From contig NC_081397.1 in NCBI RefSeq assembly GCF_030684315.1, positions 10,750,421 to 10,814,420 of the forward strand: a stretch of DNA of 64,000 nt, written 5' to 3'. The notes below the pieces were generated by a model that was given only the letters and a program-made list of their open reading frames with translations, made no database searches and was not told where the DNA came from. The position numbers were made by a program, and so were the translations under genes. The first letter of the stretch is position 1. Each line of letters begins with the position of its first letter. Shown one piece after another: positions 53,586 to 64,000 of the stretch. The stretch comes from Stegostoma tigrinum (Eukaryota).

Positions 53586-56500
53586 AGAGCCCCTCTCACC
53601 GCCAGCCAAGCAATGTCCTTGTGCTTGTTTTTAAAATTCTGGTGATGACGCATTCTGCTGAACGACTTTGGCAGTCAGCGTGGGCAACGACACGACGGGA
53701 TCCACATTCTCCTTTTCCCGAAGGGTCTCGAGGATATTACGTGCTGACCACTGCCTGGCGGCCTTGTGGTCAAAGGTGTTTCAAAAATTTCTCCACGAAG
53801 GACAGGTGGTACGGGACGGTCCAACTACGCAGAGCGTTCTGCGGCAACGAAGCCAGGCCCATCCATCGCAACACAGGGGACAGGTAGAACCTTGGTATGC
53901 AGTGACACTTGGTGTTTGCGTACTGAGGATCTACGCACAGCTTGATGCAGCCACACACAAAGGTAGCCATCAGGGCGAGGGTGGCGTTCGGTACACCCTT
54001 TCCCCTGTTTTCCAGGTCTTTGTACATGGTGTCCCTGCGGACCTGGTCCATCCAGCCTCGACCCCCAAATGAAGTGGAAGACGGCCCGGGTGACTGCAGC
54101 GGCGCAGGTCCAGAGAATAGGCCAGGCCTGCGCCACATAGAACAGTACCCAAAGCCCCTCTCACCTGACAAACAGGTTCTTACCCGTGATGGAGGGGGAC
54201 CGGAGCGTCCACCTGTCCAGCTTCTGCTTCAGTTTGGTGATATGCTCCTCCCAAGTCTTAGTGCACACCTCACCTCCACCGAACCAAACACCCAGCACCT
54301 TCAAGTAGTCTGTCCTGACGGTGAAGGGGACGTAGGAGCGGTCGTCCCAGTTCCGGAAGAACATGGCCACGCTCTTACCCCTATTGACTTTGGCACCCGA
54401 GGCCAGTTCAAACTGGCCGCTGATGTCCAACAGCGTACTCACCGACCGAAGATCGGTGCAGAAGACGGCGACATCGTCCATGTACAGGGAGGTTTTGACC
54501 TGAAGGCCTCCGCTGCCTGGGATAGTCACGCCCTTCAGGCTCACGTCCTCCCTGATGTGGCCAAGGGCCCAATACTGCGCACAAAAAAGGCAGGAGAGAG
54601 CGGGCAGCCCTGCCTGACTCCAGATCTGACGGGAAAACTGTCTGATTCCCACCCATTGATCAAGACTAGGCTAAAGATGTTGGTGTAGAGCAGCCGGATC
54701 CAATTGCGGATGCCCTCCCCGAACCTCAATTTGGAGAGCATGTCCCTCATGTAAGCATGAGAGACCCTGTCGAAGGCCTTCTCCTGGTCCAGGCTGACAA
54801 GGCAGGTGTCCACCCTCCTGTCCTGCACGTAGGCGATCATATCCCTGATCAGCGCGACGCTTTCAGCGATCTTCCTGCCCGGCACAGCACAGGTTTGGTC
54901 AGGGTGAATCGCCGACTCCAGGACAGACCTAACCCGGTTGGCTACGACCTTGGCCAGGATTTTGTAGTCCACGTTCAATAATGAAATGGGACGCCAATTC
55001 TTAATTTCTTCCCTCTCCCCCTTCCTCTTGTAAATGAGGGTGATGATGCTCTTCATCATGGACTGGCACATTTCCCCTGCCCGAAGCGCACTATCGTACA
55101 CCTCCAGCAGGTCCTGGCCGACCAGGTCCCACAGAGCGGAATACAGCTCGATCGGTAAGCCATTGCTCCCAGGAGTCTTATTCCACAACAAGGAATTGAG
55201 GACTCTAGTCAGCTCATCCAGGGATATCGGCTGGTCCAGCCACTCCGTCGTGCCGTTGTCTAAGGCCTCTGCGATAGATCACAGGAACGACTTGGAGGCC
55301 GTGCTGTCTGTCGGCTTCACGTCGTGCAGTCCGGCATAGAAGGATCTGCTGATCCTCAAAATGTCGGGCCGAGAACGACGTCACCGAGCCATCATCCTCC
55401 TTCAGCCGGCTGAGCACAGAGCTTTCCTGGTGCACCTTCTGAAAGAAGAAATGCGAGCACGTCTCGTCCTGCTCCACGGAACAGACCCTGGACCGGAAGA
55501 TTATCCTGGAGGCCTCCGCGGCGAAGAGCGAGACTTGCTGGCCCCTCACCTCGGAGGTCCTCCGTGACTTCGACTGCCATCGACTGCAGAAGGAGCAAGT
55601 TCTGCACCCTTTTCTGGAGTAGCGACAGCTTTCCCCACCTCTCTCTCGCCTTCCGAACACCCTTGAGGACAAAGAACCTCTTGATGTTCTCCTTCACTGT
55701 CTCCCACCAGTTGCCCGGAGTCTCAAAGAGGGGTTTCACGGTTCTCCAACTGGCGTACTCCCTCTTAAGCTCCTTGACATTCTCTGGGGTCAACAGAGTC
55801 GTGTTGAGCTTCCACGTTCCCTTGCCGGCCTGCTGGTCATCCTGTAAGTGACAGTCGGCCAGCAGGAGGCAGTGGTCAGAGAAGAACACCGGCTCGATGT
55901 CGGTGGAGCTGAGCGAGAACGCCCGTGACACAAACAGGAAGTCTATCCTTGAGCGGATAGACCCGTCTGGCCGTGACCAGGTGCATCTCCGCTGGGCTCC
56001 GTCAGCAGGGGTGCAGAAGACGTCGAGCAGATTGGCGTCATTCATCGTGCCCATCAGGAATCTGGACATGACGACCAGTTGACTCCCCCCACCCGCTATC
56101 CCCACGCCGGATCTTCCATCTGCATCAATGATGCAGTTGAAGTCTCCGCCTAGGATGACCGGCCTGGACGTCGCCAGCAGGGGTGGAAGCCACTGCAGGA
56201 CGGCCAACTGCTCACTCCGTACCGCTGGGGCGTACACATTGATCAGCCTCCGGAGAGCGTTCCTGTCGGTGACATCAACCACTAGGTGGCGACCCCCCAT
56301 CACCTCCTGAACTTGAGAGATGGCGAAGTCGCGCCCCCGCAGCAGAATAGCCAGGCCCGAGGAGCGACAGTCGTTACCACCCTACCAGATCAAAGGCCCA
56401 CAGGTCCAGGCGCTGGACCATTTCCCTGTGCCTGCTGAGGTGCAGTATCCCACAGTCCTGTAGAAACAGGAGGTCCGCCTTGACGGTGGTCAGGTAGGCC

Positions 56501-58206
56501 AACATGGACACACATCTTGCGGTGGACTTGACGCTGCGCACATTAATGCTCGCAACTCATACCCCCATTGTGGGCAGTGACCACAGTACCCTCCCCAAGT
56601 TCAAGGTCCAGCCCATCCATCTGTCCCTTCATGCCCATTGCCCGGGATAACTGCTGGACGCTCTCCAGGCTCAGGAATCCGTGTGTGCTGTCTTCTGGGT
56701 GGCATCCACCCGGCGGGGGTTGGGAGGCAGGAGAGTCTGGCTCTGGGTCAGGCTGGGGACATGCTGTTTCCTTCTGCCCACCTGAAAATTCCAGGGGGCC
56801 CTCCAGGGCGCCAGCGGCACGTGGCTGGGTGTCGGAGAGAGCCTCAGGACGCCTCCCATCATCTGGAAGCGGGGTGCTGCTTTCCTTCTCCCTTGAGATC
56901 TATAGCTTCTGCTTTGGGCGGGCCGCCTCCGAATCTCCCTCGTCAGACGAGCTCTTATAGCCCCCCTGCAGCTGTCTCTTTCCGCCTGATGGTTGCGGTG
57001 ACTGGGCCTGCAGGCGCGCCCTCCTCCTTGCTTTCCGGACCGTCGCCCATCCCTGGGTCACCTGACGCCTCCTCCATCGACTCCGGGTTGTCGGGGTCGG
57101 GGTCGGGGTGGGGCGGTGTCTACAGGGGCGCTTTGCTGGCCTCGGGTCCGTCCTGCGGGGCTGGGCCCTCCTGCACGGCCTGGCCCTCCTGCACATTTGG
57201 AGGGGGGTGGGGGGGGCCTTGCAGGGCCCTGGTGCCTTCCTCTCCTCCGGGGGGGTGGGGAGTTGGGGGCTTGCCCTGCAATGCCCCTGCCGGCGACCTG
57301 GGCGTAGGTGGACCCCGCCGCAGGCATGCCCTATAGTGCTGGCCCGCTTCCCCACAAAGGTTGCAGCTTTTTTCTTGTGGGCAATCCTTTGCAAGGTGTC
57401 CCTCCTCCCTGCAGTTCCTGCAGATGGTGGCTTTGCAGTCGGCAGCCACATGACCTGACCTACCACAGGCATGGCAGACTCTGGGTTGCCCTGCGTAGGT
57501 CAGGTAGCCCTTGCTCCTGCCGATCGCGAAGCTGGACGGTGGGTGTACGATGTTCCCGTCCACACACCTGTCCACAGTGTCACCTTGACCTGCCTCTTCC
57601 TGGTCCAGATCCCAAAGGGGTCCATGATGTTGGTGAGGTCCCCTTCCACCTTCACGTACCTTCCAAGGAAGGTCAGGACATCAACAGCTGGCACATGCGG
57701 GTTGTACATGTGTACAGTCACCATACGGCTCCTCTGCGCCGGCATCACGAACAGCGGGACAGCAGTCAGTACAGAGAGGGGGCCCTCACCTCCATTCTCC
57801 TTGAAAACCTGCAGGAAGCGCTCGCAAAGCTTGGCACTCCTGAAGGTTACATCGTAAAAACCTCCTCCGGGGAAACCCTGCAGGCAGCAAATGTCCGCAG
57901 CAGCGAACCCACAACAGTCCAACAGGACCCTCTTCATGAAGAAGGTGCGGTCCACAGGTGCACCTTCATCCACCTTCTTCACAGAAACACGGATGGTGTT
58001 CTGGACCCCCAGACCTGGGGCACGAGCACTCGCCGCAGCCATCGTTGCAGGTTGGCTGCTCCCCTGAACCAGCGTTAGGCTGAAGCCAGCATTAAGATCC
58101 ACCGGTTGCAAGGGTGCACAGCCAACGAGACGTCTTCCTTCCACCTCCAACACAGTCGCGCTCTCCTCTTCTCGGTCCACAAAAGAGTGGGTCTTTATTT
58201 TGCCCC
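53584..58206 (-). mobile_element. Tx1-clade LINE, left copy (5'-complete, 3'-truncated, frameshifted)
   Basis: ORF1 from ATG 58042 with three CCHC knuckles; ORF2 from 56568 (INVYAP, GGDFN, SDH, NWRPISLLNVDYKI, LDQEKAFDRV, GVRQGCPLSP, LYMDD). Confidence 0.95.
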
Positions 58207-58584
58207 GGATGTAAGCTGGTTCACTGAGCGGGAAGGTTCGTTCCCAGATGTTTTGTCACCATTCTAGGTAACATCATCAGTGAGCCTCCAGTGAAGCGCT
58301 GGTGTGATGTCCCGCTTTCTATTTATCTGTTTGGGTTTCCTTGGGTTACTGATGTCATCTCCTGCATTGGTGATGTCATATCCTGTTCTTTTTCTCAGGG
58401 GATGGTAGATAGGCTCCAAACCAATGCAACTCAATCCAAACAAACGCAGCCTAAACCTAAACAGATAAATAGAAAGCGGGAAATAACACCAGTGCTTCAC
58501 CGGAGGCTCACTGATGATGTTACCTAGAATGGTGACAAAACATCTGGGAACGAACCTTCCCGCTCAGTGAACCAGCTTACATCC
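58207..58584. mobile_element. Penelope fold-back pLTR with two decayed hammerhead motifs
   Basis: Inverted arms around a spacer encoding LEPIYHPLRKRTG; tca-CTGATGA-tgttacc-tagaat-ggtgac-AAAACATC-tg at 58508-58546 and its mirror at 58245-58283. Confidence 0.85.
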
Positions 58585-61500
58585 GGGGCAAAATAAAGAC
58601 CCACTCTTTTGTGGACGGAGAGGAGGAGAGCACTGTGTTGGAGGTGGGAGGAAGACGTCTCGTTGGCTGTGCACCCTTGCAACCGGTGGATCTTAATGCT
58701 GGCTTCAGTCTAACGCTTGATCAGGGGAGCAGCCAACCTGCAACGATGGCTGCGGCGAGTGCTCGTGCCCCAGGTCAGGGGGTCCAGAACATCATCCGTG
58801 TTTCTATGAAGAAGGTGGATGAAGGTGCACCTGTGGACCGCACCTTCTTCATGAAGAGGGTCCTGTTGGACTGTTGTGGGTTCGCTGCTGCGGACATTTA
58901 CTGCCTGCACGGTTTCCCCGGAGGAGGTTTTTACGATGTAACCTTCAGGAGTGCCAAGCTTTGCGAGCGCTTCCTGCAGGTTTTCAAGGAGAATGGAGGT
59001 GAGGGCCCCCTCTCTGTACTGACTGCTGTCCCGCTGTTCGTGATGCCGGCGCAGAGGAGCCGTATGGTGACTGTACACACGTACAACCCGCATGTGCCAG
59101 CTGTTGATGTCCTGACCTTCCTTGGAAGGTACGTGAAGGTGGAAGGGGACCTCACCAATATCATGGACTCCTTTGGGATCTGGGCAAGTAAGAGGCAGGT
59201 CAAGGTGATGCTGAGGACAGGCGTGGACGGGAACATCGTACACCCACTGTTCATCTTCGCGATCGGCAGGAGCAAGGGCTACCTGACCTACGCAGGGCAA
59301 CCCAGAGTCTGCCATGCCTGTGGTAGGTCAGGTCACGTGGCGGCCGACTGCAAAGCCACCATCTGCAGGAACTGCAGGGAGGAGGGACACCTTGCAAAGG
59401 ATTGCCCACAAGAAAAAAAGCTGAAACCTTTGTGGGGAAGCGGGCCGGCTCTATCGGGCATGCCTGCGGCGGGGGACCACCTACACCCGGGTTTCTGGCA
59501 GGGCCGATGTGGGGCAAGCCCCCACGGAGGAGAGGAAGGTACCAGGGCCCTGCAAGGACGCCCTAACGAGCAGGAGGGCCCAGCCCTGCAGGATGGACCA
59601 GAGGCCAGCAAAGCGCCCCTGCAGGCTCGGCTCCCCTGCAACAACCCGGAGTCAATGGAGGTGGTGACAGGTGACCCAGGGGAGTGGACCCAGGTGAGAA
59701 GGAAGGGTTGGCGAGGGCCCCGGCACTGCAAACATCAGGCAGAAAGAGGCAACTACAGGCGGACTATAAGAACTCTTCTGACGAGGGGGATTCAGAGGAG
59801 GCCCGCCCAAAGCAGACGCTAAAGATCAAGGGAGAAGGAAAGTAGCACCCCGATTCCTGGTAACGGGAGGTGTCCTGAGGCTCCGTCCGACACACAGCCA
59901 CGCTCTGCTGGGGCCCTGGAGGCCGCTGCGGAACCTTCAGGCAGGAAGCAGGAAACAGCGTGTCGGCAGCCTGACCCAGAGCCGGACTCTCCTCCCTCTG
60001 TACCCCCGATAGGGGGACGCCACCCAGAAGGCAGCAAAGATGGTTTCCTGAGCCTAGAGAGCGCCCAGCAGTTCGCCCGGGCAATGGGCATGAAGGGACA
60101 GATGGCTTGCTGGACCTTGGACTTGGGGAGGGTAATGCGGTCACTGCCCACAATGGGGGTATGGGTTGCGAGCATTAATGTGTGCAGCGTCAATTCCACC
60201 ACAAGATGTGTGTCCACGTTGGCCTACCTGACCACAGTCAAGGCAGACCTCCTGTTTCTGCAGGAGTGTGGGATACTGCACCTCAGCAGGTACTGGAAAT
60301 GGTCGGGCGCCTGGACCTGTGGGCCTTCAATCTAGTCGGGGGGGTAACGACTGTCGCTCCTCGGGCCTGGCTATTCTGCTGCGGGGGCGCAACTTCACCA
60401 TCTCTCAAGTTCAGGAGGTGGTGGGGGTGGCACCTCCGTGTGGTTTATGTCAGCGACAGGAACGCTGCCCTGAGGCTGATCAACGTGTACGCCCCAGCGG
60501 TACGGAGTGAGCGGTTGGCCGTCCTGCAACGGCTTCCATCCCTGCTGGCTACGTCCAGGCCGGTCATCCTAGGCGGAGACATCAACTGCATCATCGATGC
60601 AGATGGAAGATCCAGCGTGGGCACAGCGTGTGGGGGGGAGTCAACTGGACGTCACATCCAGATTCACGATGGGCACGGTGAAGGACGCCAAGCGGCTCGG
60701 CATATTCAGCACCGCTGCAGACGGAGCGCAGCGGAGATAGACCCATCTGGCCGCGACCAGGTGTATCCGCTCAATGATAGACTTCCTGTTTGTGTCACGG
60801 GCGTTCTCGCTCAGGTCCACCGGTGTCGAGTCGGTGTTCTTCTGACCACTGCCTCCTGCTGGCCGACTGTCACTTACAGGATGACCAGCAGGCCGGCAAG
60901 GGGACATGGAAGCTCAACACAACTCTGACCCCAGAGAACGTCGAGGAATACGCTGGTTAGAGAACCGTGAAACCCCTCTGAGTCTCCGGGCGACTGGTGG
61001 GAGACAGTGAAGGAGAACATCAAGAGGTTCTTTGTCCTCAAGGGTGTCTGGAAGGCGAGAGAGAGGCAGGGAAAGCTGTAGCGGCTCCAGAAAAGGATGC
61101 AGAAGTCGATGGGGGTCGATGTCACGGAGGACCTCCGTGAGGTGAGGGGCCAGCAAGTCTCGCTGTTCGGCGCGGAGGCCTCCAGGATAATCTTCCGGTC
61201 CAGGGTCCGCTCCGTGGAACAGGACGAGATGTGCTCGCATTTCTTCTTTCAGAAGGTGCACAAAGAGAGCTCGGTGCTTAGCCGGCTGAAGGAGGATGAT
61301 GGCTCGGTTACGTCATCTCGTCCCGACATTTTAAGGATCAGCAGATTCTTCTATGCCAGACTGTAGGACGCGAAGCCCATGGACAGCATAGCCGCTGCGT
61401 TGTTCCTGTCGTCTATCACGAAGATCTTGGACAACAGCACAAAGGAGTGGCTGGACGGGCCAATATCACTGGACGAGCTGACTAGAGTCCTCAATTCCTT

Positions 61501-63828
61501 GGTGTGGAATAAGACTCCTGGGAGCAACGGCTTACTGGTCGTGCTGTATTCCGCTCTGTGGGACCTGATCGGCCAGGACCTGCTGGAGGTGTACGATAGT
61601 GCGCTTCGGGCAGGGGAAATGTGCAAGTCCATGAGGAAGGGCATCATCACCCTCATTTACAAGAGGAAGGGGGAGAGGGAAGAAATTAAGAATTGGCGTC
61701 CCATTTCATTATTGAACGTGGACTACAAAACCCTGGCCACGATCATAGCCAACCGGGTCAGGTCTGTCCTGGAGTCGGCGATTCACCCTGACCAAACCTG
61801 TGCTGTGCCGGGCAGGAAGATCGCTGAGACCCTCGCGCTGATCAGGGATATGATCGCCTACATGCAGGACAGGAGGGTGGACACCTGCCTTGTCAGCCTG
61901 GACCAGGAGAAGGCCTTCGACAGGGTCTCTCATGCTTACATGAGGGACATCCTCTCCAAATTGAGGTTCGGGGAGGGCAGCCGCAATTGGATCCGGCTGC
62001 TCTACACCAACATTGTTCGCGCAGTCTTGATCAATGGGTGGGAATCAGACAGTTTTCCCGTCAGATCTAGAGTCAGGCAGGGCTGCCCGCTCTCTCCTGC
62101 CTTGTTCGTCTGCTGTGTGGAGCCCTTCGCCGCATCCATCAGGAAGGACGTGAGCCTGAAGGGCGTGACTATCCCAGGCAGCTGAGGCTTTCAGGTCAAG
62201 ACCTCCCTGTACATGGACGATGTCGCCATCTTCTGCACTGATCGTCGGTTGGTGAGGTCGGCTGTTGGACATCTGCGGCCAGTTTGAACAGGCCTCGGGT
62301 GCCAAAGTCAATCGGGGTAAGAGCGAGGTCATGTTCTTCGGGAACTGGGACGACCGCTCCTTCATCCCCTTCACCGTCAGGACAGACTACCTGAAGGTGC
62401 TGGGTGTTTGGTTTGGTTGAGCTGGGGCGTTCACTAAGACTTGGGAGGAGCGTATCACCAAATTGAAGCAGAAGCTGGGCAGGTGGACGCTCCGGCCCTT
62501 CTCCATCGCGGGTAATAACCTGGTTGTCAGGTGCGAGGGGCTTTCAGGACTGTTGTATGTGGCGCAGGCCTGGCCTATTCCCTGGACCTGCGCCGCTGCG
62601 GTCACCCAGGCCATCTTCCACTTCATTTGGGGATCGAGGATGGACCAGGTCCGCAGGGACACTATGTACAAAAACCTGGAAAATGGGGGAAAGGGCGTAC
62701 CGAGCGCCACCCTCGCCCTGATGGCTACCTTTGTGTGCGGCTGCATCAAGCTGTGCGTAGATCCTCAGTATGCAAACGCCAAGTGTCACTACTTACTGAG
62801 GTTCTACCTGTCCCCTGGTGTTGCGAAGGATGGGCCTGGCCTTGTTGCCGCAGAACGCTCCGAGTCGTTGGACCGTTCCGTACCACCTGTCCTTAGTGGA
62901 GAAATTTTTGAAAGGAAACACCTTTGACCACAAGGCCGTCAGGCAGTGGTCAGCATGTAGTATCCTCGGGACCCTTCGGGAAAAGGAGAGGGTGGATCCC
63001 GTCGTGTGGTTCCCCACGCAGACTGCCAAAGTCGTTTGGCAGAATGCCTCATCACCATAACTTTCAAACAAGCGCAAGGACATTGCTTGGCTGGCAGTGA
63101 GAGGGGCTCTGACAGTGAGATCCTTTATGCATGCCCAGAATCTCTGCACCACCGCATGCTGCCCTCGAGATGGCTGCCGGGGTGGGGGGGGGACGAGACC
63201 GTCGATCACCTCCTTCTGGAGTGTGCCTATGCCCAGGAGGTCTGGAGGGGGATACAGTGGTATTTGTCGAGGTTCGTCCCGAGCAGCTCCGTGACACTAG
63301 ACTCCGTGCTCTACGGGCAGTTTCCCAAGACGCACACCGAGACCAACATCAACTGCGCCTGGAGGACCATCAATGCGGTGAAAGATGCTGTTTAGTCTGC
63401 CCGCAACTTGCTGGTCTGCCAGCTGAAAGAACTGACCCCGACCGAGTGTTGCAGACTGGCGCTCTCCAAGGTCCAGGACTACGTGCTGAGGGACGCTCTA
63501 AAGCTTGGGGCAGCCGCCACCAAGGCGCGGTGGGGAAAGACCACCGTATGAAACCCCTCGTCCAGAATGTGAAAAAGGGCCCTATCTGGTAACTGGGCCC
63601 AGCTGGTGCCTTCCTCAACTGGTCAGGGGCCAATGGGGACTGTGCGGGTGGACGACTGCCGGGGCATTTTCTTTGCTTTGTTTTTTTTCTTCTTTGTTTG
63701 TTTTTTTCCTTTAGTTGGTGTATGTACCCCCTGGGTAACCCGAAGCGGTCTGCATGACTGGGTAGGTGTGTAAATGTTTTATTTTTTGTACATCTTATGA
63801 ATAAAGTATATTTTTTTAAATAAAAAAA
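58585..63828 (+). mobile_element. Tx1-clade LINE, full-length but disrupted
   Basis: ORF1 ATG 58746 (ZCCHC3-like N-terminal domain plus CCHC knuckles); ORF2 60153-63551 (APE, RT, ETVDHLLLEC zinc motif); AATAAA 63800; A-tail to 63828. Confidence 0.96.
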
Positions 63829-63920
63829 TGGTGACGAAACGTCTGAAAACTAACCTTCCAGCTTAGCGAGCAAACTCACATTCAGAACCTCAAACTGAGC
63901 TACAAATCTTCTCAAAACTC
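63829..63920 (+). mobile_element. Penelope pLTR 3' half directly after the Tx1 poly(A)
   Basis: TGGTGACGAAACGTCTG...cagaacctcaaactgagctacaaatcttctcaaaact; homologous to 58530-58584. Confidence 0.8.
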
Positions 63921-64000
63921 ATTATGAGATTGTGTCAAACCTTGGCCTGGCTATTGGTGGGTCCATCTTCAATTAGGAGTTTCAAAGGATTGATCATATA

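Noticed and set aside
58611-59822. 403-aa ORF as a host ZCCHC3-like gene
   Set aside because: It is ORF1 of a Tx1 element, frameshifted before the third knuckle and followed by ORF2 and a poly(A) tail.

Overview
Eukaryotic, repeat-rich vertebrate DNA. The CR1/HER1 LINE, HE1-like SINE and Penelope families point to a cartilaginous fish, probably a shark (inference). The window holds a dispersed replication-dependent histone locus: H1 (+, 9039-9677), H2A (+, 21330-21722), H3.2-type (-, 27272-27682) and a second H1 (-, 30124-30747). All four are intronless with a 3' stem-loop and HDE; no H2B or H4 is present. Most of the remainder is decayed CR1, Rex1/Babar, Penelope-like (RT/GIY-YIG, fold-back pLTRs with minimal hammerhead motifs) and Tx1 retroelements, plus a degenerate ~49-bp satellite. 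Four things stand out. (1) Two Tx1 LINEs sit head-to-head (~10 kb), both starting at the same nucleotide of a hammerhead-bearing Penelope pLTR, and pLTR sequence also follows the poly(A), which suggests target-specific insertion into Penelope repeats. (2) A cryptic spliced cassette of unknown identity (NRF1-site promoter, 64-nt exon, 82-nt exon) occurs in up to five copies and is linked to the satellite. (3) An inverted H1-H3 duplication has lost H3 in one copy, with that cassette in its place. (4) Both H1 promoters keep an exact 354-nt TG-box/AC-box spacing. Repeat boundaries were read by eye and are approximate.
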